Positions 46,461-56,413 of a stretch of DNA of 64,000 nucleotides are shown in pieces. Each line of letters opens with the position of its first letter. Positions within the stretch are counted from its first letter, which is position 1. This DNA comes from a virus. Location: positions 96,001-160,000 of IMG/VR virus record IMGVR_UViG_3300032308_002010; one strand, given 5' to 3'. The translations under genes were made by a program, and so were the position numbers. The notes under the pieces were generated by a model. It did no database searches. It worked only from the letters and a program-made list of their open reading frames with translations, and was not told the DNA's origin.

Positions 46461-47234
46461 TTAAAAGAAACAAACTATTCGCGCAGTTCCGCCGCTATCA
46501 CAAGACACAACTGTGTTGGATATGCGAATTCTAAACGCGCTTGATTTTGTTCCTTCTGTCATCGTTAACTCGTTACTCGCTGTCGGGTAACGGGCGTGCC
46601 ACAAACCCGAAGACGCCGTGTAACCCCAGTACGTGACGTCTTTTACTTGCTTGCCAACAGTGTGCGTAATTGTGACGTCATTAGATGAAATGCTAGAACC
46701 CCACCCAGTCGGCAAATTAGAAATTGTTTGCGGCGCAGATCCGTTAAAAGTGACAGTAAATTCAAACGTATCTGCTGTGCCCGTACCTGCGGGACCGCTC
46801 GGGCCTTGGACACCTGTAGCGCCAGCCGGGCCGGCGATACCTGTAGCGCCCGATACGCCAGTTTGGCCTGTGAGCCCAGTCGCGCCCGTGACGCCCGGCT
46901 GGCCGGTTGAGCCAGCTGGGCCAGTAGCGCCAATAACACTAACTCCGGTAGCGCCTACTGGCCCCGTCACGCCTGTCGGGCCATTTTGTCCCGAAGAACC
47001 AACCGGCCCGACCGGACCGGTTTGCCCGCGCGGCCCTGTGGCGCCTTGCGGGCCCGTAGCTCCCGGACCACCTCCACCGCCTCCGCCGCCAAGAGATAGC
47101 AGCGCACCAATTGTTGTACGTTTTGTACTAAGAGCGTTAGGGTTAGCAGTGTCAACAATAGGAATTAAATCTGCGGTTGCCGGAGTTGTTTTTTCGGGCA
47201 ACGCAGAAATTCTTTTATTCGACATAGCCGGCAC
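46461..47234 (-). CDS. collagen-like protein
   Basis: N-terminal KRISALP....ADLIPIVD module, GXY block, beta C-terminus. Confidence 0.85.
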   Translation of the reverse strand: MPAMSNKRISALPEKTTPATADLIPIVDTANPNALSTKRTTIGALLSLGGGGGGGGPGATGPQGATGPRGQTGPVGPVGSSGQNGPTGVTGPVGATGVSVIGATGPAGSTGQPGVTGATGLTGQTGVSGATGIAGPAGATGVQGPSGPAGTGTADTFEFTVTFNGSAPQTISNLPTGWGSSISSNDVTITHTVGKQVKDVTYWGYTASSGLWHARYPTASNELTMTEGTKSSAFRIRISNTVVSCDSGGTARIVCFF

Positions 47235-47238
47235 CTAA

Positions 47239-47538
47239 TCAGTAGAGTTCGTCATCTTCCTCATGCCGCGGGCGGTGCTTACGAGTTTTAGTTGGCTTTA
47301 CACCTTCAATGTCGTCTGCAGCGCGTACCAACCATTTAGCTAGTTTGCGCGCGTCGCCCGGCGATAAAAGCGGCAGTTGAGAGCCAAAAACATCGACAAC
47401 AATTCCTGCTTCGGCGTGATTTTCGGCGGCCCACTCACCGGCTTGAAAACTGACAGTGGGTGAGTCAGCCGGTAATTTAGTCGCGGTTATATTGCTAAAT
47501 TCTATGTGATCGGGCTTATTAACAACAACTGTAGCCAC
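47239..47538 (-). CDS. hypothetical protein
   Basis: Operon context. Confidence 0.65.
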   Translation of the reverse strand: MATVVVNKPDHIEFSNITATKLPADSPTVSFQAGEWAAENHAEAGIVVDVFGSQLPLLSPGDARKLAKWLVRAADDIEGVKPTKTRKHRPRHEEDDELY

Positions 47539-47543
47539 TTAAA

Positions 47544-47816
47544 TTATTCCTCCTGACAATCATCAATAATTACGGGCGTTAACGTACCTACCCGCAAAGC
47601 GACAAATTTTCCGGCGTAATATTCCTCCGCGTCTTCGCGCGAAAAGCCGTCAGAAAGAAGTTTGTCATAAATTTTTGTCCGACTGTACACGGCGACAGGC
47701 CCGTCGTTTGCGATATAACCAAGCCCGATTAACGCGCAATCCATGTTGTCAAACAGCACAGCTTCTGGGTTTAAATCCGCCAGCTGCGCCAGTATTTGAG
47801 AAGTTTGTGTGTTCAT
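47544..47816 (-). CDS. conserved phage hypothetical protein
   Basis: A.LFD..D.ALIG....VAVY...I...L...G....DA.EY....VG..TP pattern. Confidence 0.7.
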   Translation of the reverse strand: MNTQTSQILAQLADLNPEAVLFDNMDCALIGLGYIANDGPVAVYSRTKIYDKLLSDGFSREDAEEYYAGKFVALRVGTLTPVIIDDCQEE

Positions 47817-48310
47817 TGTTTTGTTCCGGCGTGGAGATCTTCTAGAAATAAGATAGCAATATCGCTTGCACGACGGTAGCCCTCGCGAACACCTTTTTGA
47901 TATTCAGGGTGCCCGGGCGGTGTATTTTTTTCGGTCATATCGGCGATGGTGGCAAGGGCGGCCACAAAGCGATTGTGCAATCTGCGATATTCTGGCGAGT
48001 TTAAAACAATCGACGTTTCAATCGCGGCAGTTGGCGCTGAAACGTCTGAAACCACCTGCGGTTTCAACCCCATTTTTTGTAAAACACGTGTAGCTCGGGC
48101 TAGCGAATCAAAGTCACGAAACGTTTGCGCTGTACGCGGCACATACTTTTGCGCAAGTTGATGCAACGTTAGACATAGATACGCTAACTCATCGCCAGCT
48201 GTTTTTTGTTTAGACTCGCGCCGTGCAGCTGTTTCTCGCGTTTCGCGAATAAATTTTTCGCGATTAGATTTTTTTTGCGTAACTTCTGAGGGCAAAACTA
48301 ACAACTCCAT
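47813..48310 (-). CDS. hypothetical protein
   Basis: ATGA overlap. Confidence 0.65.
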   Translation of the reverse strand: MELLVLPSEVTQKKSNREKFIRETRETAARRESKQKTAGDELAYLCLTLHQLAQKYVPRTAQTFRDFDSLARATRVLQKMGLKPQVVSDVSAPTAAIETSIVLNSPEYRRLHNRFVAALATIADMTEKNTPPGHPEYQKGVREGYRRASDIAILFLEDLHAGTKQ

Positions 48311-48320
48311 TTGCGTCCTT

Positions 48321-48944
48321 TCATGTGTGTAAAACAGGTTTACGCAGACCAGCGGAAATCAGGCGATAAATTTTTTCGTGGGTATCGTCAACGGGTGACT
48401 CGGCGTTAATGTGGTGCACAATACCGGCATGCGCGCGATGCTCAGCGTGGTGCGCATAAGCAGCGCGCATTCTATTCTGATCTTCTAGGCAGAGTCTTTC
48501 GTACCTGTCTGACGGCCCATTTGGTCGCCGCTCACGAACGCGTTCCGGCGCGATATCCATAAGAAAAAGAACGTCGGGGCAGACGTACGACGTTTCCCGA
48601 AAAATGTTAACAATCAGATCAGTCGATATGTTATTTATTTCGCCCTGATACACGAGCGTGGACAGCAGCCAACGATCGCATATGACGACGTGGCCCTGTG
48701 CGATTAACGAACGAATGTGCGCTGACAGTTCGGCGCGCGCGGCTGAGAACAAGAGCATTTGCGCCGTAGCAGAAATTGGCGCGTCGTTGTGCAGAAGAAT
48801 CTGCCGAATTGCAGTTCCAATACTCGTCGTTCCCGGATCTGCCACCAAGGTCGCAGATACACCTTCTTTTTGAAGCCGCTGCAACAGCATGCGCGCCTGC
48901 GTTGTTTTGCCGGCGCCGTCGATTCCTTCGAAACAAACGAACAC
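48321..48944 (-). CDS. tmk: thymidylate kinase
   Basis: FEGIDGAGKTTQ, EPG-like ADPG, LLFSAAR, VICDRW..S..YQG, PD. Confidence 0.95.
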   Translation of the reverse strand: MFVCFEGIDGAGKTTQARMLLQRLQKEGVSATLVADPGTTSIGTAIRQILLHNDAPISATAQMLLFSAARAELSAHIRSLIAQGHVVICDRWLLSTLVYQGEINNISTDLIVNIFRETSYVCPDVLFLMDIAPERVRERRPNGPSDRYERLCLEDQNRMRAAYAHHAEHRAHAGIVHHINAESPVDDTHEKIYRLISAGLRKPVLHT

Positions 48945-48958
48945 TGGGTTCCTTTCTT

Positions 48959-49273
48959 TTAACGACCTGTAATTTGAAAGCTAGGAGAGTCGCCGCCAAC
49001 TGGTTTTGAAATTTTGCTTTGACTGCCCGTAATACTTACATCGCCGGGCAGTTGAATTAACACTTCTTCAGCTGGTTCAAACAAAATCAGTTCACGCCCG
49101 TCGGAAAAACGAAGCGATAAACCATTCTGTGTATGACCGACACCAACAATGTTATTTGTAGCTAACCACGTAGCGGCGTAGTCACAAAAAGCTTTTAATT
49201 CGGTACTGACGAGTTCTGGTTTTTTTGCTGTGAAATCGTCAAGAATGTTATTCAACACTTCGCTTACGGGCAT
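48959..49273 (-). CDS. hypothetical protein
   Basis: GGAGG SD. Confidence 0.65.
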   Translation of the reverse strand: MPVSEVLNNILDDFTAKKPELVSTELKAFCDYAATWLATNNIVGVGHTQNGLSLRFSDGRELILFEPAEEVLIQLPGDVSITGSQSKISKPVGGDSPSFQITGR

Positions 49274-50003
49274 ATCGAACCTCCTTTTTTTTCTTTGTCG
49301 GCGCGGGTGTTTCTGTTTCTACCTGTTTGGCGCGTATCCCGGTTGTATGTTGTGCGACGAGTTTGTCAAGTTTAGCTTTTTGCCGGCACTCTTTTATTGT
49401 GCGACTGACATCACCCAGAAGATTTCGGGCGGCGTGCGAAAACAGCCTAAGCACGTAAAAACGCTCTGCGGCACGTAAAGCCAAAAGGTCGCCGTCTAGT
49501 TGCGTAAGTATTTTTTTAGCTTTTGGGATCGCCGCTGTGCCGTTTTCACTGACAAGAGTAAGCAAGTCTTTGGCAGTACAAATAATGTCAGAAAGAACAA
49601 TGATCTGTGCACCGACGGGGCTACCACTCACACGGCCACGAAACTCCATATCACGTTTTGTTTCAACCATGCGAAAATCTCGACTAATATCGGCAACCAT
49701 AGCGGCCACCTGTACCGTAGAGATTTCAGCAATGTTTTCAAACGCGCAGGCGCTGACATTTAAAACATCGTGCAGCAGTGCACCCTGAATAATTGACAGA
49801 ATGCTGTCTTTTGTGTCGTCCGGCAAATAGTCCGCACGAACATCTTGATAAAGTTTGTGCGCTATTGTTTCTGCTTGTCTAGCTACTTGTTTGCTGTGCT
49901 CGACAAGACTGATACCGGCGTTTGTGCGTAAATCTCTATATTGCTGTGCGGCAAATAACAATACGTGACGCAACGGCACATTTGGCGTATCTGATTTTTT
50001 CAT
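49248..50003 (-). CDS. HD-domain protein, degenerate RelA/SpoT-hydrolase (Mesh1)-like
   Basis: R...G...VEH..QVA...ALLHDV...VAAMVADIS...AQIIVLSD; canonical HDxxED and KLAD altered. Confidence 0.6.
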   Translation of the reverse strand: MKKSDTPNVPLRHVLLFAAQQYRDLRTNAGISLVEHSKQVARQAETIAHKLYQDVRADYLPDDTKDSILSIIQGALLHDVLNVSACAFENIAEISTVQVAAMVADISRDFRMVETKRDMEFRGRVSGSPVGAQIIVLSDIICTAKDLLTLVSENGTAAIPKAKKILTQLDGDLLALRAAERFYVLRLFSHAARNLLGDVSRTIKECRQKAKLDKLVAQHTTGIRAKQVETETPAPTKKKKEVRYARKRSVE

Positions 50004-50020
50004 GGCATCTCCATATGCCG

Positions 50021-51064
50021 TCACACAAGTTTGAGCAGCGTTTGCCAGCCTAACTCAAATGATTTGCGACGCGTAGCTAAGTTGTAATTTACTCGGCGGT
50101 TAAGGTTATCAATGTGGACGGGTTCAGCAATAAGTGTCTGCAGCACCGTAATTAAACGTTCGTAATCTGGGGCGGCGTGAGGGACACCGTTTTCGTCGTA
50201 GTCTATCTGCGTTTTAACAAGCACGCCATTCGCATCCTGATACACAAAGTCAGTCTGCGGCGACAACGCAAAAGACAGTACCGGCGTGCCGCAATTGATA
50301 GACATCAGGCTGCAAAACCCGTAGTTATCGCACTCTGCCGGAAACAGTGTGATATCATGTGCCGTGTACATCGCCGGGCGTTTTGCAAGCGGTGTGTTAC
50401 GGATAATTTTTACGCGCCCGTTTGTTTTACGCCCCAACGTCTGAAAGAATTTGGCTACAGACGGCGCAAAACGGCACGAAGTAATTGCAACGTTAAGCTG
50501 CGCGTCCGGCATACGTTCAAGCAAATAACCCAGCAAACCCAAAAACTGGCTGTGGGCGCAACGGGCATTCCGATCAAACCACGGTAAAAATATCTTTACC
50601 TGACGCCCATTAACCGGTTTTGTTTTTTTTGTAGCCGGTAACCCAACGTCAAACGGTATGTACGTTACGTTCTTAAACTTGTAGACCTTTAAAAAAAGCT
50701 CGCGCGCTTCTGCGTTCATTGCGATAACGTGATCGGCACGCTGCATTACTTTGCGAAACGGCCGCATTAGTTCTTGCCACATCGGCACGACTATCGATCG
50801 CACGTTAATCCGGCGAGTAAAATTTAGCGTGTCAAGCTTGGGCGGTTGCGTGTAAATAATTGTGTGGCACGTTTTGGCCCAGTGCGTGAACGGCCATTTC
50901 TTTTTATGCAATACAGCGCGATCATGGTGTGTGCACAGTTTAGCCGGCGGCGCGTCTGAATAAATGCTGCACTCTACGCCATGCGTGCGTAAAAAATCAG
51001 CTAGCCGCACAGCAAAGTACGCTTCGTCGCAGTGTGCGTAATGTGTGTAGATGCCAATACGCAT
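50021..51064 (-). CDS. GT-B (GT4-like) glycosyltransferase
   Basis: ADHVIA, HDITLFPAECDNYG...SINCGTPVLS. Confidence 0.75.
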   Translation of the reverse strand: MRIGIYTHYAHCDEAYFAVRLADFLRTHGVECSIYSDAPPAKLCTHHDRAVLHKKKWPFTHWAKTCHTIIYTQPPKLDTLNFTRRINVRSIVVPMWQELMRPFRKVMQRADHVIAMNAEARELFLKVYKFKNVTYIPFDVGLPATKKTKPVNGRQVKIFLPWFDRNARCAHSQFLGLLGYLLERMPDAQLNVAITSCRFAPSVAKFFQTLGRKTNGRVKIIRNTPLAKRPAMYTAHDITLFPAECDNYGFCSLMSINCGTPVLSFALSPQTDFVYQDANGVLVKTQIDYDENGVPHAAPDYERLITVLQTLIAEPVHIDNLNRRVNYNLATRRKSFELGWQTLLKLV

Positions 51065-51070
51065 AGATGC

Positions 51071-52990
51071 TTATGCAGGAGCGCCTTGGCCAAACTGCTG
51101 CGCCATAACCATTGCACCGCCCTGAGAACGGGCTTGCTGTCGAATGTCGTCTATGATGCTGGTCACAAGCGCGTGCATAGTTGAGTCGGAACGCTTGAGT
51201 TTAATTAGCTCAGAATCTTTCACAGATTCAGGCATAGATAACAACTGATTTGCGATAAGCTGCGCTTGTTGCTGCAGCTCTTCTGGCGTCCTCGGCACGT
51301 TTGGCGAGTTCTGCCGTTGCATAAGAAACTGATCGACGGGGCTGGGCGCTTGACCCGGCATACCGCCAGCCGGAACTGGAGCCGGCGCGCCGCCTCCTTG
51401 CGGCATACCCGTAGCGCCGGCACCCGTGTTGCCGACACCTGACATCATGTCTGGCGCCTGACTCATGTCCTTCATCTGCTGCGCTTGTTGCATCTCGGCC
51501 TGCATGCGCTCTTGCTCTTCCGCGTAAATCTTTTCTTCTTCGAGCATCTGTTTGATCTCGTCGCGATAGTCCAAACCAACGCTCGACAAGCCGGTGCTCT
51601 TGCTGATCTGCTGACCCTGCATGAGCTGAAGCTTGGCCATTTGGCGGTTGAGATCGTCGGCGTGCGTGACGCGCATTAGTTTCGCGCTGACGGGTTCCCA
51701 CGACATTACGCGAGAAATAGAAGACGTCAACTCATTCAGGAACAAGTTCATGTTGTGCGGGAGGTGACTCCAGTTCGCCTCAAAAAGGCGCAAAGCAGCC
51801 GGTGCAGCTTGGAGCGTTAGCGTGCCGTTAAATAACTCAACGGGCATGCCAATGCACTTTAACAATGTCTCTAACCCCTGATCTAACAACTCGCGCGGCG
51901 CCAATTGAGAAGCGTCGCCGCCAAGCGCCTGATACTGCACCGGAAACGGAAGAATGTTCCAGCGCGCCGGGTCGGTTCGCCGGGCCCGGATCATCGAGTT
52001 TACGCGAGCCGTAAAGCTAGACAGGTTAATTGTATGAACAGGGTCAGATGATTGTGAATCGCCGCCGCGAGGCATCGGCGTGATAACGCGAAACGGAATA
52101 ACATAGTCGAGCGCTACGGCTTCGTTGTAGCGCTTGAGAATCTGGTAGTACCACGCCTCACGAAAATTCGACAGTACGCGCGAAATTCCCCATCCGCGAT
52201 TACGCATACCAGACAGCGCGTCTTCCTTGAGATGAAAAATCACGCCCTTATCAAACATCAAGTTTTGGCCGTTTTTGATTGCCTGAATAACTTCCCAGCT
52301 TGCGCGCTCAAGATGGTGAAGATGGCCTTGCTTGATCAGCGTGCGATAGTCTTCAGGAATCTTCCACACATACGAACATTCGCCTGTGTACGGATCCCAC
52401 AAGATATCAATTTCGTGGGGGCTCCAGCGCTTGACTGTAATATGACTTGTGTCGCCGCTGCGCCGGTCTACGTGCTTCCACGGGCCAACGTATTTACAGT
52501 GTGGGCAGCTTGCGTGAAACTGAAAGTTCTGCCACGAGAAAGCGCACTGGTCTGAGTTGACTACCCGGTCGAGCGGCATTTCTAATCCGCATTTTGGGCA
52601 GAACAAATACCGTCGAAACGGTACGAGCAGGCTGGTAAAAGAGTTGCCGTAGGTCATGTAGTCCATACCTACAGAGTGCAACACGTTTTTTATGCTAAGC
52701 GTATCAGCTAAAAACGTTTCGTATTTTTCTTTCTCCTCACGACCAGTCTTGTTTTCACCGACGTCCTGAATTTCAACGTCTGTAATAAAGTAAGACACAA
52801 CGCGATCAATGGCCTGCCTATAAGGGCCGTTCGCGTTCATGATGTATTCCGTCCAACGTAGCGCCGTCTGGATGCTCTCAGGCATCGACAGGCTAGCTAC
52901 ATCGCAAAACGGGTCGGGGAAGCGCTCGTCGGCCTGTACGCCGCGGCCGAGCGAGTTGTACCCCATAGAAGCAGATGGTTGCAGCGACAC
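51071..52990 (-). CDS. putative portal protein
   Basis: 639 aa; CxxC/CxxC insertion; RYNEAVALDY.IPFRVI and GMPVELF..L motifs; Gln-rich C-terminus. Assignment is recall-based. Confidence 0.45.
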   Translation of the reverse strand: MSLQPSASMGYNSLGRGVQADERFPDPFCDVASLSMPESIQTALRWTEYIMNANGPYRQAIDRVVSYFITDVEIQDVGENKTGREEKEKYETFLADTLSIKNVLHSVGMDYMTYGNSFTSLLVPFRRYLFCPKCGLEMPLDRVVNSDQCAFSWQNFQFHASCPHCKYVGPWKHVDRRSGDTSHITVKRWSPHEIDILWDPYTGECSYVWKIPEDYRTLIKQGHLHHLERASWEVIQAIKNGQNLMFDKGVIFHLKEDALSGMRNRGWGISRVLSNFREAWYYQILKRYNEAVALDYVIPFRVITPMPRGGDSQSSDPVHTINLSSFTARVNSMIRARRTDPARWNILPFPVQYQALGGDASQLAPRELLDQGLETLLKCIGMPVELFNGTLTLQAAPAALRLFEANWSHLPHNMNLFLNELTSSISRVMSWEPVSAKLMRVTHADDLNRQMAKLQLMQGQQISKSTGLSSVGLDYRDEIKQMLEEEKIYAEEQERMQAEMQQAQQMKDMSQAPDMMSGVGNTGAGATGMPQGGGAPAPVPAGGMPGQAPSPVDQFLMQRQNSPNVPRTPEELQQQAQLIANQLLSMPESVKDSELIKLKRSDSTMHALVTSIIDDIRQQARSQGGAMVMAQQFGQGAPA

Positions 52991-53155
52991 AGGCGCCTCG
53001 TGCTATTTGGTCGTTGTTTGCACAGTGTCCGCAACGCGTTTGCGAAAATCACTATCAAGCGCCTGAACCTGCGCTTTCTTTTCTGTGGGCTGCTGGGCGT
53101 CTTCGTGTTCTGGGGGCGTGACGCCGGCCTTTATAACTCCACATTTTTCCATGGT

Positions 53156-54070
53156 TTAAATCTCGTCGTAATTTGCACGAAGGGCGCGCTCAACGAGTAA
53201 AACACAGTACTCGCGGTTATCATAAACATACTGAAATCCCGTCGTATGGACAAGGTACAAACGGCGATCGTCGTTAATTTGTACGGCCCAAGGACGCTGG
53301 TAGGGATCGTTTGACGGCGGAAACCAGCGCGCTGCGTTTTGCTCAAAACGTAGGTCGTAAATCAACACGATAAAACCGTTCTCTTCTGCGCTATCAGGAG
53401 AAACCTGCGCTACAGATACAATTACGTCGTGGAAAAATGCCGGAACTGTGCCGATCCCCTCTTTTTCGAAATACAGCAGTTTCTGCGGCGGGCCGGCTTT
53501 ATGAGTTGTCGCTGCGGCGGTCGGCACAGGATTGTTGGACTGCTTTTTTAGCCCGAACGCCGCCATCGGACTGTAGCTGCGGTCAATTTTTTCAAGCGGC
53601 GGCAGGACCGGCTGGGGATCCATTGCCGCCACTAAATTTGCCTCTAACTGCTCTTCACTGTCATCGGCTGCTTGGGTTATTTGAGACACGACCTTTTTTG
53701 TGCGCACAACAGGTACGCGCTGCACGCCAGCTTTTTCCATTTTTGCCAATTCTTCAAATACCATTGCAGCGCGCTCCCTGATTGAATTGATATCATTGCC
53801 GGAAATGGCCGCCTTCGCCGCGGCCAGAGCTTGATCAACAGCTGGACCAGTCATTTGGTCTAGTGTTAGCCCGCCAACATTTGAACCGTTTGGATCAATC
53901 ACATTAATTTTGATTTTTGTGCGGTCGTGCGGATTGAAGTTAACTGGGACGCCGCCCGGAGTAGACGGCGCGACAATTACACCTTTAAGCCCTTTGTTAC
54001 CGCGCATGACATCGAGCATGGTGCGGCCGTTTTCCATTCGCTCGCTGGCTGGGTCTCGGTAGTCGGACAT
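53156..54070 (-). CDS. hypothetical protein
   Basis: GGAG SD; long coding-like ORF. Confidence 0.75.
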   Translation of the reverse strand: MSDYRDPASERMENGRTMLDVMRGNKGLKGVIVAPSTPGGVPVNFNPHDRTKIKINVIDPNGSNVGGLTLDQMTGPAVDQALAAAKAAISGNDINSIRERAAMVFEELAKMEKAGVQRVPVVRTKKVVSQITQAADDSEEQLEANLVAAMDPQPVLPPLEKIDRSYSPMAAFGLKKQSNNPVPTAAATTHKAGPPQKLLYFEKEGIGTVPAFFHDVIVSVAQVSPDSAEENGFIVLIYDLRFEQNAARWFPPSNDPYQRPWAVQINDDRRLYLVHTTGFQYVYDNREYCVLLVERALRANYDEI

Positions 54071-54079
54071 AGAAGCTCC

Positions 54080-54130
54080 AATAGCTAAAAAAAGGGGGCA
54101 ACGAACGGCCGAAGCCTAGACGTTGCCCCC
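54080..54130 (-). terminator. intrinsic terminator ending TTTAGCTAT
   Basis: GGGGGCAACG/CGTTGCCCCC 10-bp stem plus T7 then AGCTATT. Confidence 0.85.
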
Positions 54131-54451
54131 AAAAGATTCTGAACTCAACTCAGGGCACACTGAATACAACTGCGTTTTCGGGATATGGAAATACAGCCGA
54201 CCCAGCGGAACCCCTCCTCCGCAAACCAGCCTAACATGCTCTTCTGTAGGCAACACTTCTGCAAGTATTTTGCCTGAGAGAAGCTGCGCTACCACCAAAC
54301 CCATGGCGCTATCGTCCGGGAAGAACGGTAACGTACTCGGCGTGGCGTCGATGTTTAACAACCACGTTAACGCCGAATCTTCGGGTTTGACGAAATAACG
54401 CATGTTAGTAATTACGCACCAGCGATACGCGTACGAACACTCTCTGCGCAT
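54116..54451 (-). CDS. hypothetical protein (start probably ~54403)
   Basis: Operon context. Confidence 0.55.
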   Translation of the reverse strand: MRRECSYAYRWCVITNMRYFVKPEDSALTWLLNIDATPSTLPFFPDDSAMGLVVAQLLSGKILAEVLPTEEHVRLVCGGGVPLGRLYFHIPKTQLYSVCPELSSESFGGNV

Positions 54452-55647
54452 TCAACTGATACTGCGGAAACCTTTTCCGAAAAAGAGTTGTAATTCTTCT
54501 TCGGAACAAACTCTACCGGCGCGAGCAATTCACCGCGATACGGAAATGGCGTGTTCTGCCATTCCGCCGCCCAGTTCACCTGAATAGCGCTGAGGCGACT
54601 CAACACTAAAGGTTTAGCCGGATTCATCGCGGCTGTAAATAGCTCCTCGTCGGTTGCCTCTCTCTGCGCCCGCTTCGGGGCATTAAACCGCAAATAATTT
54701 GCGGCCTCAGACGGCATCTGTTCAATAGCCGTCTTGACATCAATCGTTACAGCCAGCGGCTGATCAGGCGACAACAGCGCATCACACATTTCGCTTTCGG
54801 TGGGCTTAATATCGCCTACCTCGGCGTACATTCCGCGCAGAATGTCGTCCAAAATCCACTGGGGCATTCCCTCGGCCGTGTCCAGCCCATGCCGAGCCAG
54901 AATCTTACCGGCTGGGTTTGGCAGCGATACAGTCATATCACTAACCGAACCAAAGGGATTTCGATCCATATCGCCTAGAACAGGCGAGAAATCTTCAATC
55001 GCAGCGTCATGCTTGATCGCCTTGGTGACATCCTTAGCCGACTCCTCGGTGAGCGCAGCAACGTTGATATACGCTTTGTTGCTGAATTCCCGAATCATGC
55101 TGTCGCGCAGCCTGCGCCGGTAAGTCTCCACCAACTCCGCCGGAGCGTTCTGTACGGCCAGCGCGGTCAACTTATCCTCGTCGATCCGCATGTGGTCGCG
55201 TACAGGAACATACACCGTCGGCCAACGGCAGGGCTCGAACGCTACCGTCTCGCCCCGTTTATCGGCATACCCGTAGTTGCAGATGTTATGAAGCATGTCG
55301 CAGCCGCGCTTTGCATTAAGGCGGTGCTTCTGCTTATTCATACTCAACTGCGACCCGAAACCCCTAGACGAAATTGGGGCGCGAAAGTCCCATTTGCCAA
55401 GAGTTTCCAGCCATACGTTGCCCGACCTGTCTGCAAGCGCCATCGCCGCGGACAGGTTGAGGCCGGCATGCTCCGTTACTTCAAGCACTAACGCTGACGG
55501 TCGAACGTTATCGCCGAATCGCCGCGAGGGCGAATCGAATTTTTTACCTTCACCGGCTAGCCAGCTTACCGCTACGAATTCTTCGCAACGTGCCGCCACC
55601 CGATCGAAGGCCGCGATAATTTTCTCCTGTGTCTTTGCGATATCCAC
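54412..55647 (-). CDS. hypothetical protein
   Basis: 411-aa ORF, GGAG SD. Confidence 0.75.
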   Translation of the reverse strand: MDIAKTQEKIIAAFDRVAARCEEFVAVSWLAGEGKKFDSPSRRFGDNVRPSALVLEVTEHAGLNLSAAMALADRSGNVWLETLGKWDFRAPISSRGFGSQLSMNKQKHRLNAKRGCDMLHNICNYGYADKRGETVAFEPCRWPTVYVPVRDHMRIDEDKLTALAVQNAPAELVETYRRRLRDSMIREFSNKAYINVAALTEESAKDVTKAIKHDAAIEDFSPVLGDMDRNPFGSVSDMTVSLPNPAGKILARHGLDTAEGMPQWILDDILRGMYAEVGDIKPTESEMCDALLSPDQPLAVTIDVKTAIEQMPSEAANYLRFNAPKRAQREATDEELFTAAMNPAKPLVLSRLSAIQVNWAAEWQNTPFPYRGELLAPVEFVPKKNYNSFSEKVSAVSVECAESVRTRIAGA

Positions 55648-55924
55648 TACCTACTCCTTTATTCAAGTTACCGTCCTTGTCGGATTCAAAGTGTTTCGAC
55701 GAATATAGGGCCCAATCATTCGGCGTCACGACAATTTCTTCATAGTCTCCACTTGAAGTCTTGTCATAAAACTGAACGACCGTCCGAGTTACATCGAGAA
55801 CTTCCTGTCTGCGAACAGGTCGTCCTTTGAACCGTACAACGTTACGCAAAACCCACAAGATCCCCCTTACAGCAATAAAGCTGCGGCTTTTAGTGCGGGC
55901 CGCGTTTAACAACAAAACGCGGTA

Positions 55925-55958
55925 CAATAAATATGCCAGCTTATGCTGAAAAATTTAG
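55925..55958 (-). promoter_or_regulatory. promoter-like motif copy 6
   Basis: acaataaATATGCCAGC-13nt-TTTAG, intergenic. Confidence 0.6.
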
Positions 55959-55959
55959 T

Positions 55960-56412
55960 TCAGCTGTCGGGGTCTGGGAGCACACTGTCAAAGACGTTTA
56001 AAGAGCCGTCGTCTTCGTCAGAAAAGAAGTCGCCGGAGTTGACCGACGATTTTGGCGCTGATGGTGTTTTAATTTCAGGCGGCGATTCAAGATGTACAGG
56101 GTCAACGCCAAGGTAGCCGGTCTCGTCTGGCTCTAGGCTGTCCGCAGAGATATCAAAAAGCGGCATGTTGCCCCACGGCGTCAATAGGTGGCGAAAAGGC
56201 GGTTTAGATATGTTTAAACGCACGCCGGCAAAACTAAACACACTCACGTCGCGGTTGACCAGCTCTTTCAACCGAGCAGATAATTTTTCTAGCGTGTCAA
56301 ACTCCTCGACACGGAAATCGCCTTCTGGGCTAAGAATAACAGCGTAATAATGGTCGGGAGACTTGGTTTCGTCTGGTGTTATTTTTACTTCTGGATTCTG
56401 TGTGTCTTCCAT
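55960..56412 (-). CDS. hypothetical acidic protein
   Basis: Operon context. Confidence 0.7.
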   Translation of the reverse strand: MEDTQNPEVKITPDETKSPDHYYAVILSPEGDFRVEEFDTLEKLSARLKELVNRDVSVFSFAGVRLNISKPPFRHLLTPWGNMPLFDISADSLEPDETGYLGVDPVHLESPPEIKTPSAPKSSVNSGDFFSDEDDGSLNVFDSVLPDPDS

Positions 56413-56413
56413 G

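Noticed and set aside
55550-55927. 125-aa ORF downstream of promoter copy 6
   Set aside because: It overlaps the 411-aa gene start and has no motif or clear SD. A shorter gene may exist but cannot be delimited.
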